From: a virus
Taxonomy: Duplodnaviria; Caudoviricetes
IMG/VR virus record: IMGVR_UViG_3300032087_006201
Location: 1-62,434 of that record
Reading direction: 5' to 3' (one strand)
Length of the DNA stretch: 62,434 bases
Shown here: piece after piece, positions 19,999 through 30,385 of the stretch
Numbering within the stretch: the first letter of the stretch is position 1
How the letters are laid out: each line of letters starts with the position of its first letter
Notes under the pieces: model-generated
Databases searched by the model: none
What the model was told of the DNA's origin: nothing
The model's input: the letters and a program-made list of their open reading frames with translations, nothing else
Made by a program: the position numbers and the translations under genes

Positions 19999-21806
19999 TA
20001 TTTAACAGTCCCTATAATGTCTCTTTCTGAGAATTTAAGTTCTAGGATAACGTTCTTTGGAACAGAGACAAAGCGACCATCAGCCGATGTGTTTTGTCTT
20101 ATATTATAAGAAATGTTTGAATAGTCTCCACCAAATTTATTAATTATTCTTACATTGCGAACGTCAGCAACGCCAGGAATCTTGTTTAGAATCTGATACA
20201 CTTCTGCAATATCAAAAGATTCTCCAATGTCAAATTTTCTTGCATTGTATCTCTCTGCCAAGGCACGGTTGGCAGCCACGACTAAGCCAAGCTGTCTATC
20301 AGGTGAGTTCGATACCAGAGTGTATTTAATTTGAATATTCACCACCTTTGCATCTAAGATATCAATTGTGTCATTGATCATTTTATACTGACTTAGCCAA
20401 GTTTTTAAGTTTGTTTTTACTTGGGCGCTTGTAGTAACAAGATTAGAATTCTTATCCTGAGACATAACATAAAGATTTAGGTTTCTTCTGAATGAATCGG
20501 GATCTCTATAAATGGCACACCTCTTGACAGACCCAAATTGTGATGGCATTGCGTATGTTAGAGCCTTATAGTCTTGTTCTGTGACTGCGCGATTTTGAGA
20601 AGAGAAATTGTCCATTATCTGGCGTTTAAGCTCCTCAATGCTCGGATTTGAAGCATCACCAGAAATTGGATTTAAGTTGGTAACGTCTAATGATCCCAGT
20701 ACAGTATTTCTGAGTGAGGCGTTTAGCAGGGTCGGGTCTTTAAATTCAAGGTTAGAATTTATAACTCTATTAATCGCACCCACGGCAGCATTTGCGTTTA
20801 TTGAATCATTCTTTCTAAAACGAACTGTTAATGTGGTATTCGAAGGGGCAATCCCAAACTTATCCGTGTCTAGCAATTTTGAAGGGTCGAAGGATTCATC
20901 TGTAACATAATCCCGACCATTTCTTTGGAGCACGATGCTGGATGGGTCGGCAACAGAGGGTGAATTTGTCTCTGCGTCAGAGCCGTATCCAAATTGAAGC
21001 ATAGTTGTTCTTCTGGTTCTCTTCACGGTAAATCTTCGTGGAACAACGAACGGTTTAACAATTGCGGGAGGAGCATCAGCAGAGGTTGCACTTCCACTAC
21101 GATTCACTATACTCCTATACACAACATTCTGCGATAGGTAGGGGACTTCGTAATAGATGTGCCCCTCTGAGTCAGATACTGATAAAATCTCGACAACGTC
21201 CTTGGCGGAAAGGGTGAGCTTCTTGAACCTCTCAAATTGACCAACGGAGAATGTTTCAGTTCCGAATTTTCCAGACACAACAGGTCCAAATGCCTGGATA
21301 CCATAGAATGTAGTCAAGCCTGTATCAACATTTTGCTCCATTGCTACAACTTCGTTGGCTGGATCTTCGAAGTTAATATCTTCTAGCAAGATAAAAGATG
21401 AGCCAGCAGTAGATGTTAGGGTTGCGCCACTCTTTAATATTGGAATATAGTTTGAGTCAGGACCCATACCGGTGCTATTTGCTGGCACTTTGATATAGAA
21501 AGCACACACCCCAAAGGCAGACGCTCCGCCTTTGAACTTGTAGCCCATTTGCTCACCGTGATTGATTACATTGTTGTATTCAGTGGCTGAATCTACAAAA
21601 GCTTCATTAACTTCGTAGTCGAGATAAAAGGATAAAATGTCACCGACGTAGGCAACCGTGTCAAGCATCAAAGAACCAAAAGAAGCTTCGCTAAAATCTC
21701 TAAAAGTATCGGGATAGTATCTCTTGGCGTAATCTACCAAATCTTGTTTGATGCTATCAAAATCTCGGCTAGTGTAGCGAATTGGGACTTTTTTGTTTGA
21801 TGACAT
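19998..21806 (-). CDS. Baseplate wedge subunit (T4 gp6 / baseplate J-like)
   Basis: YTSRDFDSIKQDL..Y....YP..F.DFSEAS.G..LD..AYVGDILSFYLD and QNRAVTEQDY motifs; adjacent to gp25-like gene. Confidence 0.88.
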   Translation of the reverse strand: MSSNKKVPIRYTSRDFDSIKQDLVDYAKRYYPDTFRDFSEASFGSLMLDTVAYVGDILSFYLDYEVNEAFVDSATEYNNVINHGEQMGYKFKGGASAFGVCAFYIKVPANSTGMGPDSNYIPILKSGATLTSTAGSSFILLEDINFEDPANEVVAMEQNVDTGLTTFYGIQAFGPVVSGKFGTETFSVGQFERFKKLTLSAKDVVEILSVSDSEGHIYYEVPYLSQNVVYRSIVNRSGSATSADAPPAIVKPFVVPRRFTVKRTRRTTMLQFGYGSDAETNSPSVADPSSIVLQRNGRDYVTDESFDPSKLLDTDKFGIAPSNTTLTVRFRKNDSINANAAVGAINRVINSNLEFKDPTLLNASLRNTVLGSLDVTNLNPISGDASNPSIEELKRQIMDNFSSQNRAVTEQDYKALTYAMPSQFGSVKRCAIYRDPDSFRRNLNLYVMSQDKNSNLVTTSAQVKTNLKTWLSQYKMINDTIDILDAKVVNIQIKYTLVSNSPDRQLGLVVAANRALAERYNARKFDIGESFDIAEVYQILNKIPGVADVRNVRIINKFGGDYSNISYNIRQNTSADGRFVSVPKNVILELKFSERDIIGTVK

Positions 21807-21831
21807 TATAATTTTACCAATTTTATCAATA

Positions 21832-21839
21832 TAAATAGT
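21832..21839 (-). promoter_or_regulatory. Putative late-promoter motif ACTATTTA
   Basis: Recurrent intergenic motif, 25 nt upstream of the gp6-like start. Confidence 0.5.
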
Positions 21840-21846
21840 TATTTAA

Positions 21847-22230
21847 TCAAGTTACGGGCAACAATAGAACATTTGTAGATTTCAAAACTTTATTAAAGTA
21901 TGTAATCTTAATGTTTAAGACATTCTCGGGCATATTAGGATCAGTCAAAGCAGAATTAAATTCTACGCTCTTGATTGTTAAATACGGAAGATATCTAGCC
22001 TGCTGTTCCAAAAGAACACTTTTGAAATTCTGAAACGTCTCCTCGGTTAGCTGCTCAAATAAAAAGTTCCTGGCTCCAACTCCGAAACTGGGGTCCATCA
22101 TCCTCTCGCCCGGGACGGTCAATATAAGCATCTTTAAGTTTTGAGTAACAAGCTCGTTGTAATCTTTTATTAGCCCAATTCCGTCTTCTGTATCTACAAC
22201 TATCGGAAGCCTTGGAGCAATACCAGACAT
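21847..22230 (-). CDS. Baseplate wedge/sheath initiator, GPW/gp25 family
   Basis: NLKMLILTVPGERMMDPSFGVG motif, 127 aa, AAGGAG SD. Confidence 0.9.
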   Translation of the reverse strand: MSGIAPRLPIVVDTEDGIGLIKDYNELVTQNLKMLILTVPGERMMDPSFGVGARNFLFEQLTEETFQNFKSVLLEQQARYLPYLTIKSVEFNSALTDPNMPENVLNIKITYFNKVLKSTNVLLLPVT

Positions 22231-22250
22231 AAACAGATCTCCTTATTTTT

Positions 22251-22258
22251 TAAATAGT
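22251..22258 (-). promoter_or_regulatory. Putative late-promoter motif ACTATTTA
   Basis: Recurrent intergenic motif upstream of the gp25-like gene. Confidence 0.5.
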
Positions 22259-22277
22259 CGAGTTTAAAATTTGACTC

Positions 22278-25200
22278 TTACTCGGAATCAGCTTCGTCCT
22301 CTTCGTCTGGATTGAATACGGCGAAATCACTCCTATCTGGCATTTCTGGCTCTGAGTCTGGCGCCTCTTCCCATACATCAGGGTTTCGCGACCCATATCC
22401 GGCTTCAAGTTCAAGTTGATCTTTTATCTCCGTGGCAGATAAGCCTTCCTCAGCGAGTTCAGCAGCGCGATCAGCCACTGTCCCTTCGTAGCCAGGGATG
22501 GAGCCCCTAGGTGCCTCTGCGAGCGGGGAATCGGCACGTAAGCAGAGAGGATCTTCAAAAATCACTCTGGTCCTAAACGTTGGCGTCAAACCCTCTCTCC
22601 AAGTTGCCAGAGATAGATCTTCACGAGCATTTGTTATCTGCTCTCTTGCCGAAGAGGCACCGGCGGGCTGATATGTGTAATCATTGGAATTGTAAAGACG
22701 GTTAAAGAGTCTCTTCAACCTACGCTTCAATCTTGGGAAGACCTTTCGGTTCCAAGAGAAATAACTACTTGGTGGCGGTAATATTCCAGGCGTTCCAGGT
22801 CTAACAGATGGGGGCGATCCCACATTCCACTCATCGGATGGTCCGACAGAGTCTAAAAATGCCTCGACATTATAAGCCGATACCAGAGATACGATAGTCT
22901 TCAAGGGACTCGCATATTCGAACATAACTCTGAATTCTTCGTTTTGTGTCATTAGTAGTGATAACATTCGCCAATTGAAACCGGTATTTTCTAAGGTGCT
23001 CTGTGGTTCAAGAGCCGTTGCCACAAAATCAGCCACAGTCCCTGTATAAGACAACTCCAAGTCTTGGCTATAAACAACCGGTATAGTATATAAACCCACG
23101 CCGCCGGCGGCAATTCCGCGACCGTGCTTGAACAGCCTATTAACCAAATCTTCAAACATTTGTGATTTCACAACATCACCACCGAATTCATCAGGTCTCG
23201 GCACATATACCAATCTCAAACCATATCTGAAATTGGAGAAGACTTCGTTAATTCTTCTAGAAGAAATTTCATCATAATCAGCAGACGATTCTAAGATCTC
23301 TCTAATTTCTTGCAAACCTAGAACGGCTCCCGTTGGGAATCCGCTTATCGCTGATCTCCCAAGATCACTCAATTCTGCCTTGACATAGGATTCTAATACA
23401 AATTGACTATTGGCTTCGAACTCAGAGGCAAACAATTCCAAGCTTACTCCGGGGAGAATCCTGCCATCCACCCTTGGGGCATCGAAAATGTTAGACCCCT
23501 CGATTGAAAACACGCCACTTCTCAAAAATTCTAGACTCACGTTTTCAACCCAGCCATTGGTTGGGGTTGGGAATATATCTTCGATATCATCAGATATTTT
23601 ATCAAGCTCTTCGGCAATCAATTGTTTTAGAATCACCATAGCAAATTGCTCAGTTTGTTGAATTGCTTGTATCTTTGTTTCTCTTCTCAGCCGCTTCAAT
23701 GTTATGAAAGGGCGCGTTTGGCGGGCAGCCCTAAGACTGCTTCGCTGTGGATAGACATATTGTTCCATTGCAACGCTAATGCTTCGAAGCGCGGCATCAA
23801 TCTCTTGATCTATAAAGGCGGTGCCGGCATTAGATCTCCTGATATACGCCTGAATACACTGCTCTAAGAATTCATACCAATATGCATATGATCTAGTCTC
23901 GTCTTCTTCAATCGTTCCCTCTGGGACTGCGGGACCTCCGGGGTTTGGTGGCTGCGCCTTCAAGCCAGCTTTGATTTTTTCTGCCAAGTATTCAACTAGT
24001 GTGTCATCATACACGCCATTGGTGTTTGTCTTAAAATTACTGAAAGAGGCGTATCCAAGCACGATATGTTCCACAATGTACGCCCTAAGTGTTGTTAGAA
24101 CAACACCCTCGATCGAGGCAAGAGTTAGGCGAGAAAGTGGTCTAGAATATGGAGGCTGGCGGACTTCTCTTGGATTCAACCCAAGTCGAGGATCGTCTTC
24201 GGTGAGCTTATAACCCTCAACTGTGCGAATCTTAATTGATTCTAAGTCAAACAACTCTCTCTTGTCTGGACAGCAATATGCTTCGTTTATCTCTGGTAGC
24301 AGAATATCTTTCAGCTCTAACCAGCCCCCCTTGCGAGGTGGTTGGACGAATATGCTCCCGTCTTCAAGATAAACAACGTTATAACCTTGCTCGACTAAAT
24401 CTGTGCTAACTTCCGGATATAACTGAGAATCGTAGATCCTATCTAAGTTGTATCTTCCATAATCAAAGGCATTTTGATTATTGGCAACCGAATCTGATAC
24501 AGATCTAACGATGTTATTTCTCATTGCCTTTGTTATGTTTAACAATTCTTCTACGAAATCTCTACTCGTGTCAGGCGCAGGCACTAGACCGTTTATTATA
24601 AACTGCCTTAAAATAAGAGCATTACCAATGTTTAGCTGCTCAGTCTCCGTAGCTCTTCGACCGCCGTAATCTCTATGAAGATTAATCAAATTGTATCCCG
24701 TTGGGTTTGGTCCATAAACCGTCCTCTGCAAAGTGGCAAGCACCTCTTCTGAGGATTGACCTATAAATTCTATTGTTTGAGACTCATCGACGGCTGATCC
24801 ATCAGTTGAAGGGTAATATTGTTTCAGAACAAATCTTGCAGTATTAAAGTTGTAACTAATATCAAAAATCTTTCCAATCTGGAATCTGTCTGTTTCAACA
24901 TTAAATGTCATAACGATCTTTTCAGGATTGGTCGAGTCAGTCTCAACGTATTCTCCGGATCTTAGTAACTCTTGCAAATATCTTGAAATCGTTTGTGGCT
25001 TCTTAGTTGGAACTGGTGGGATGGCACTTCGAGATCTGCTCTCACTTCCATCGTCCCCCGTTGTTACCGCATCAATAGATACCTCTTCGTCACCAAAGAA
25101 ACTCTTTGCAATTGCTTCTGCCACTTGGGTAGCATCAGGTCTAGTCGCAAGAGGCAAGAAATCTGCGGCTGGACCACCAAAGAAAGCAATGGCTGCCTGG

Positions 25201-28200
25201 TAATTGGAGAACTGCCTTCTTAGTGGGACGGCGTTTTTATTAGAAAGCACAGCATTCATCAAGCCATTTGTATTATTAGGGGTCGCGCCGTTGGCGATAT
25301 CCGCCGCATATACTGAATAGAATTGATCGAGCATAGCTCCGACAACCTCTTCCACCAAAGACAAGTTTTCAGGGGAATCTTTTGGAATTGACTTTTTAAG
25401 TGTTTGTCGAACAGCTGTTTCAAGAGAGCCGTCAAAGCCGGCTGCCATAGTGGCTGCAAAATCGCTTACAATATCACCAACCTTTTGGTTGAACAAATCT
25501 ACCTGCTCTTGAATCTGCTCTTCTGTGATTTGATCCCCGCACTCTCTTCTGAGAATGTCTGCTAATGGGTTTTCCACCATTTCGTCGCAAGTTGAAGCTA
25601 TATTCTCACGACCAACACCGAAAGCACCCAAGCTAGCTCTAAACTCCCCAAGGAATTCCGGGGCGAAGTTGAGCCCCAAAGTTCTGAAAAAGCTGACAAC
25701 AGATTCTGAGTCGGTCAATATTGAAGAAAATTCTACGCACTCTGTTCGAGCAATTTGTAGGATAACATCAACCGTCCCTTCGCTCGCCGTGCCTTCCAAG
25801 AGATCTAAAAGCTGATCCATTCTGAGGCGACCAGCGAGGGCTTCCACCAACGAGCAAGACTCGGTATCGCTAGAAGTCGCAGCTGCGGCTACCTGCTGGC
25901 GCCCAGATGTGGATGCGAACAGCCTGGCTAGTTCGGCGTCAATCTCTCCCTGCGTAGTGTCAGGTCCGCAATATGCTTCCCTAAACAATTCTCCTAGATT
26001 GCCAACTCTCACATCCGGCTCTATCATAGAACCTTCTATGCCAGCCTCGATTGAGGCAGATATGTTACCACGAACCTTTTCGCAGACCGCGCCTTGGAGG
26101 ACCTGTGTAGCCTTGCTTAATAGTCGAACCAAGCTTTCAACAATAATCTTTACTAGCAGCTCCCTAAGGACTGGTATAAGGGCATTAACAAATGCTGACC
26201 GTAGTGTATTGACATTAAATGTATTCTCTAAGATTACTTCAACATCAGGTAATGTGAGTGCCCTAAAACCTCTTGTTATATCACAAATATCAAACTGAGC
26301 GACTGCTTCTGTTACATTTTCTTGAATGGTGTTAAGATTTACAATTCTATCGCCTGCTCTGGCATTTAGATTTATTACACACTTTCCAGAATCCAAGAAG
26401 CCTTGAATCAGAGTTCCCACAACGGGGACACCTCTTGTCTTCTCAACTATTTCATCAACTGGTGTGACATCCATAATCTGATCGACTAGGATATCAATCG
26501 ATATATCAATAAGATCAGCAAATAAACCACCAGTTAGTTGCCCAAACTGACTTGAATTAACGCCCGGACGGTTCTCCTCTAATCTCCCAAGTTCATCCAG
26601 TAGTTGCTCACGAGGTGGAACTGTTGGGTCTGGGATACGACCAGTGCTAGCTTCGTCTTCCCAACCAACGACAAATCCTCGCCAAAAAACTTCCTTCTGC
26701 TCTTCGGTATATTCTTCTGGCGGGACAGGAGTGGTGCCCCTATAACCGAGCACGTAAGCCGCTCTATAATCATTTAAAACCTGCTGTTGTTCTTCGGGGC
26801 TGAAAACAGTTCCGCCATAAACAAAGTTACCAGCGTATTCATCGTTCTCCAACGACCTCTGTTGTTCTTCGAAATCCCAAGGGAACTCAATCCCGCCATT
26901 GAAGCCGGTCTCATCTGCATACTGTGTTAGTCGATCAATATATCTTTGTTCAATATCACTCTGCTGTTCAGAAGAAAGGGAACTGTATATTCTCTGCAAG
27001 ACATCAGTGTTTAACTTCTTTAACGAAGCTTTTATGGCTATTTGAAGCGCTGTTGTTGGAGATATGCCGCATACGTCATTTTGAGAGATAAACTCTATGG
27101 TCTTTGTCATAACATTGAAAAGACCGCAAGCACTCATTCTATTGAACAAGCTCTCCCAAGCAGCGCGAACAGAACCACCGGGGCTGAATCCTTCTCTTAG
27201 ATTCTCGACTGATCGAGCAAGATTGCTTATAAGTGGGTCATTTATGCCAATTTGTCTGAGATTTTCAGCACTCAACACATCGCTGATTTCTGTAATGGAA
27301 TTCTGTAATAACCTATCTCGCTCTGCTATCTCTTCCTGTGTCAGACACAGACCAGAAGTAAATCTAGAAGCAAACTCATCTCCAATATTTGTCACAGAGT
27401 CTAGGATTGAATTAGTAATTGCAGAAAACTCGCCACCTTGACAGCTTGCTGGCAAATAGCTTTGGTTCTCTACAACTGCTTGGTCGGCGATTCTAACCGT
27501 GGGGATGTGATATGTTTGTGCAAAATCTAAAACAGACGGTGCTTCGGCTGACTCTATGTCGATCATTATATCTTTAATTCTAGATAAATAACCAATCATA
27601 GAGGAGAAACTTAAAGGAGATGTACGTCCAACAGACTGAATGCTAAGTTCCTTATAATCGCCCCCTAGTTCTCTCGCAAACATAGAGGAAATTTTATATT
27701 CTGAATCGTGGTAGATTAAGATATCACTGGCAACTTGTTGAGCGTTTGGAAAATCAACTTCCGTGCCAACTGTTCGTGGCTGCGCCTCTGTTGGTAACGT
27801 ATATTTGTTGTTAGCCAAGACTCTCTCTATGGCAGATTTCAAGACCAGTAGGTTGTTTGCTTCCGCAGCTAAGTCAATCTCCGTCACAGAGCCATCAATC
27901 AGGATCTTAGTTTTTCTCTCTCTCCACAATTCGAGTTGTTGTCGGGAAAGGGCAGAAACAAAATTACTAATTCTGTCCAAACTTTCTTCCAGATTTTTTG
28001 TCTCAAACTCAAATGAACCGCCAGGAGTTTGAACCTCATCGGGGGTAGCTGGGACAATATCCTCCAAGCGTAATGCCTTTATAAGCGAGAACGGGAACTT
28101 ATATAGAAACTTTACATTTACATTTGGAGCCTTGTCAAACTCGTATGACCGAGCCTCGATGATGAACTCTTTTAGCGTAAGCTCGTCGGTGGCATCATAT

Positions 28201-29411
28201 TCTTTACTGAGGAAGTCCATAAGGATCTCGACAGCTTCCGGCAAAAATTCTTCTATCCTTGAAGGCAGCTCTTCGCCACCAGGGCAAGTGTAGTCCGTTT
28301 CGATTGGAACATAATACTCACATACTCTTGGATTTAAGAAAGGCAAGTCCGTAGCAGTCCATTCTGGAATTATTGCGTTTGGATCAAAAGCGCATTCGTC
28401 AGGTATAGTGGGCGCATCCTCTTCGTCTTCGGGACACGGCGGGGGTGCGGGAACTATCTCAGCTGGAACAGATGGCTCTCTTGGTGGGTCCAACTCTTCT
28501 GCTGGGATTGTTCCGGAAGGAGTCCTTGTAGTCCCCTCGCCGAGGTCTTCTAGGTCAAAGTCATATCTACCATCCGTGCCTCTTCCGGCGCCTGAATCTC
28601 TTGAAGCGAGCAGACATAGACCCCTTGGAATCATAGAGCCAGGAAGAAGATCGGCACACGCAAACTCAATTGTGTTTGCACGAGGCAGCGAGGGGTCGCC
28701 ATCTGGATAAATATTCCTGTCTCTCTCGGGGTTGTATCCAAAGAACCTCTTCCACAACTTGGCGTCTTTAATAGCCTTTTTCAGATTATAGGTATCGAAA
28801 GCGCCAGCTGTTCGGACTCGTTCTGAAAAGCCTCTCCAAGATCCTTCTGCCCGGAGAGGTGCGCCTTCTTCACCGCGTGGCACATAAAGGTAAGTCCTGC
28901 CAGTGCCTGAATCATCATACCACAAGCGATAGTCAATTCTTCCTCGTTCTAGCTGACCAATCCAGAATTCAACTACATAATTCATTCTTCGCGTTATTCT
29001 CTGAATAACACCACGAGCCTCTTCCTCACTCATCTCTATGAATTGCTCTCTTGTGAGGAATCCTCTAATCTCCCCGCGCGCCAGTGCGGCGTCACTTGGA
29101 ATCTCAGGATCACGATCTAAGAATGGATCAAGATAGTTGGTGTAATATGGTCCGCCGTTTGGGTCGGCAGGGCGAGGCGGGATAATTAAGCCCACATCAG
29201 CTGTGTTGCTGCGCCACACTTCTGCATAATCATAGCCAGCTTCTGCCCTGGCGATGACTGTTCCTTCATATTCTGGGATTCCTAGGAAATCATCCGCACT
29301 GTAATACAGCATAGGATAAACATACTGCTTCCACCACATCAGGCGAATGCTATCGACCGATTCGTCCTCGATCGAAGTATAGATTCCAGATCTTCCTAAT
29401 TCAACAGCCAT
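22278..29411 (-). CDS. Very large hypothetical protein (acidic, mostly helical)
   Basis: 2377-aa uninterrupted ORF between spike and gp25-like genes; no recognisable family. Confidence 0.65.
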   Translation of the reverse strand: MAVELGRSGIYTSIEDESVDSIRLMWWKQYVYPMLYYSADDFLGIPEYEGTVIARAEAGYDYAEVWRSNTADVGLIIPPRPADPNGGPYYTNYLDPFLDRDPEIPSDAALARGEIRGFLTREQFIEMSEEEARGVIQRITRRMNYVVEFWIGQLERGRIDYRLWYDDSGTGRTYLYVPRGEEGAPLRAEGSWRGFSERVRTAGAFDTYNLKKAIKDAKLWKRFFGYNPERDRNIYPDGDPSLPRANTIEFACADLLPGSMIPRGLCLLASRDSGAGRGTDGRYDFDLEDLGEGTTRTPSGTIPAEELDPPREPSVPAEIVPAPPPCPEDEEDAPTIPDECAFDPNAIIPEWTATDLPFLNPRVCEYYVPIETDYTCPGGEELPSRIEEFLPEAVEILMDFLSKEYDATDELTLKEFIIEARSYEFDKAPNVNVKFLYKFPFSLIKALRLEDIVPATPDEVQTPGGSFEFETKNLEESLDRISNFVSALSRQQLELWRERKTKILIDGSVTEIDLAAEANNLLVLKSAIERVLANNKYTLPTEAQPRTVGTEVDFPNAQQVASDILIYHDSEYKISSMFARELGGDYKELSIQSVGRTSPLSFSSMIGYLSRIKDIMIDIESAEAPSVLDFAQTYHIPTVRIADQAVVENQSYLPASCQGGEFSAITNSILDSVTNIGDEFASRFTSGLCLTQEEIAERDRLLQNSITEISDVLSAENLRQIGINDPLISNLARSVENLREGFSPGGSVRAAWESLFNRMSACGLFNVMTKTIEFISQNDVCGISPTTALQIAIKASLKKLNTDVLQRIYSSLSSEQQSDIEQRYIDRLTQYADETGFNGGIEFPWDFEEQQRSLENDEYAGNFVYGGTVFSPEEQQQVLNDYRAAYVLGYRGTTPVPPEEYTEEQKEVFWRGFVVGWEDEASTGRIPDPTVPPREQLLDELGRLEENRPGVNSSQFGQLTGGLFADLIDISIDILVDQIMDVTPVDEIVEKTRGVPVVGTLIQGFLDSGKCVINLNARAGDRIVNLNTIQENVTEAVAQFDICDITRGFRALTLPDVEVILENTFNVNTLRSAFVNALIPVLRELLVKIIVESLVRLLSKATQVLQGAVCEKVRGNISASIEAGIEGSMIEPDVRVGNLGELFREAYCGPDTTQGEIDAELARLFASTSGRQQVAAAATSSDTESCSLVEALAGRLRMDQLLDLLEGTASEGTVDVILQIARTECVEFSSILTDSESVVSFFRTLGLNFAPEFLGEFRASLGAFGVGRENIASTCDEMVENPLADILRRECGDQITEEQIQEQVDLFNQKVGDIVSDFAATMAAGFDGSLETAVRQTLKKSIPKDSPENLSLVEEVVGAMLDQFYSVYAADIANGATPNNTNGLMNAVLSNKNAVPLRRQFSNYQAAIAFFGGPAADFLPLATRPDATQVAEAIAKSFFGDEEVSIDAVTTGDDGSESRSRSAIPPVPTKKPQTISRYLQELLRSGEYVETDSTNPEKIVMTFNVETDRFQIGKIFDISYNFNTARFVLKQYYPSTDGSAVDESQTIEFIGQSSEEVLATLQRTVYGPNPTGYNLINLHRDYGGRRATETEQLNIGNALILRQFIINGLVPAPDTSRDFVEELLNITKAMRNNIVRSVSDSVANNQNAFDYGRYNLDRIYDSQLYPEVSTDLVEQGYNVVYLEDGSIFVQPPRKGGWLELKDILLPEINEAYCCPDKRELFDLESIKIRTVEGYKLTEDDPRLGLNPREVRQPPYSRPLSRLTLASIEGVVLTTLRAYIVEHIVLGYASFSNFKTNTNGVYDDTLVEYLAEKIKAGLKAQPPNPGGPAVPEGTIEEDETRSYAYWYEFLEQCIQAYIRRSNAGTAFIDQEIDAALRSISVAMEQYVYPQRSSLRAARQTRPFITLKRLRRETKIQAIQQTEQFAMVILKQLIAEELDKISDDIEDIFPTPTNGWVENVSLEFLRSGVFSIEGSNIFDAPRVDGRILPGVSLELFASEFEANSQFVLESYVKAELSDLGRSAISGFPTGAVLGLQEIREILESSADYDEISSRRINEVFSNFRYGLRLVYVPRPDEFGGDVVKSQMFEDLVNRLFKHGRGIAAGGVGLYTIPVVYSQDLELSYTGTVADFVATALEPQSTLENTGFNWRMLSLLMTQNEEFRVMFEYASPLKTIVSLVSAYNVEAFLDSVGPSDEWNVGSPPSVRPGTPGILPPPSSYFSWNRKVFPRLKRRLKRLFNRLYNSNDYTYQPAGASSAREQITNAREDLSLATWREGLTPTFRTRVIFEDPLCLRADSPLAEAPRGSIPGYEGTVADRAAELAEEGLSATEIKDQLELEAGYGSRNPDVWEEAPDSEPEMPDRSDFAVFNPDEEDEADSE

Positions 29412-29420
29412 AACAATACC

Positions 29421-30383
29421 TTAATTTGTTTTATTCCAGCGACTACCAAACCACTTTTTGCCGAGAGGGCTGAGTCTGTTTTCAGAGAACCCAACTCCAA
29501 GATTAATCTTCTGCTTATATAGATTATTATGAACAAAAGACATTCTATATGCTTCCTTTTCAGCTATATCGATCGCAGCGTCAATTGGAGGGGTGGTTTG
29601 CGTGGCGGCGGGACCAAGCGGGACTGTGTGCGTGTGCCTACACAGGGCAAGGTTTATTTGTGTTTGAGTCTGGGCGATCTCCGTTACAATATCTGTTAGG
29701 TCTTGAATTCTCTTGACCATAACGTCCAAAGTGTCAGCTAGCGCATATGCTTTCACTAGTGGCTCTAATTCATCAGCGCGCACATCATTACCAGCTATAA
29801 GTTCTATGCCAGCAACAGTCTCAACGGTCCCACCTTGTGAGTTTCTCTCGCCTTGCGCGCCGGCACCACTTATACCCTTGGCTTTACCTGTTACTAGTTT
29901 GATGCCTTCACGACCAATCATTCTAACAGCATCTGCCTTTACAGCGACTGCTGATCTCTCTTCTATTTGTGTATCACCAACTAGTCCAAAGTTTCTATCA
30001 ACATCTGTTTTTTGGCTAACGTAAATTCTTGCAGCATCAGTAAAGAAGTTTGGCGCCACTGTTAGGTCTGTTTCAGGACCGTCCTTGGTTCCAGCCATTC
30101 TGCCAACTACAATATCAATTGAAGCAGCCTGCGTGTTGCCCCTGCCACCATAACCAGATGAAATTGAATCTGGTCTATCTCGCCCGAGGACGATCCACGA
30201 ATTATTCTCATTCTTGATAACAACCTCGCAGGGAGCTGAATCAAACTTAGGGACTGCTTCAATGAGCTTGCCGCCATTGATGCCAGAATATGCAACAGCG
30301 CTATTCTCATCTAGATTGGCTTTCTGTAAAGTTTCATTTTGAGAGGCGTTTGTGCCCTTAAAGTCTCTTGCTCCTCTAGTCAT
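29421..30383 (-). CDS. Putative baseplate central spike C-terminal subunit (gp5/gpV-like)
   Basis: Short beta-strand repeats (AVAVKADAVRMIGREGIKLVTG) and a C-terminal RHTHT HxH motif as in P2 gpV/phi92 gp138 spike tips. Confidence 0.55.
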   Translation of the reverse strand: MTRGARDFKGTNASQNETLQKANLDENSAVAYSGINGGKLIEAVPKFDSAPCEVVIKNENNSWIVLGRDRPDSISSGYGGRGNTQAASIDIVVGRMAGTKDGPETDLTVAPNFFTDAARIYVSQKTDVDRNFGLVGDTQIEERSAVAVKADAVRMIGREGIKLVTGKAKGISGAGAQGERNSQGGTVETVAGIELIAGNDVRADELEPLVKAYALADTLDVMVKRIQDLTDIVTEIAQTQTQINLALCRHTHTVPLGPAATQTTPPIDAAIDIAEKEAYRMSFVHNNLYKQKINLGVGFSENRLSPLGKKWFGSRWNKTN

Positions 30384-30385
30384 AA

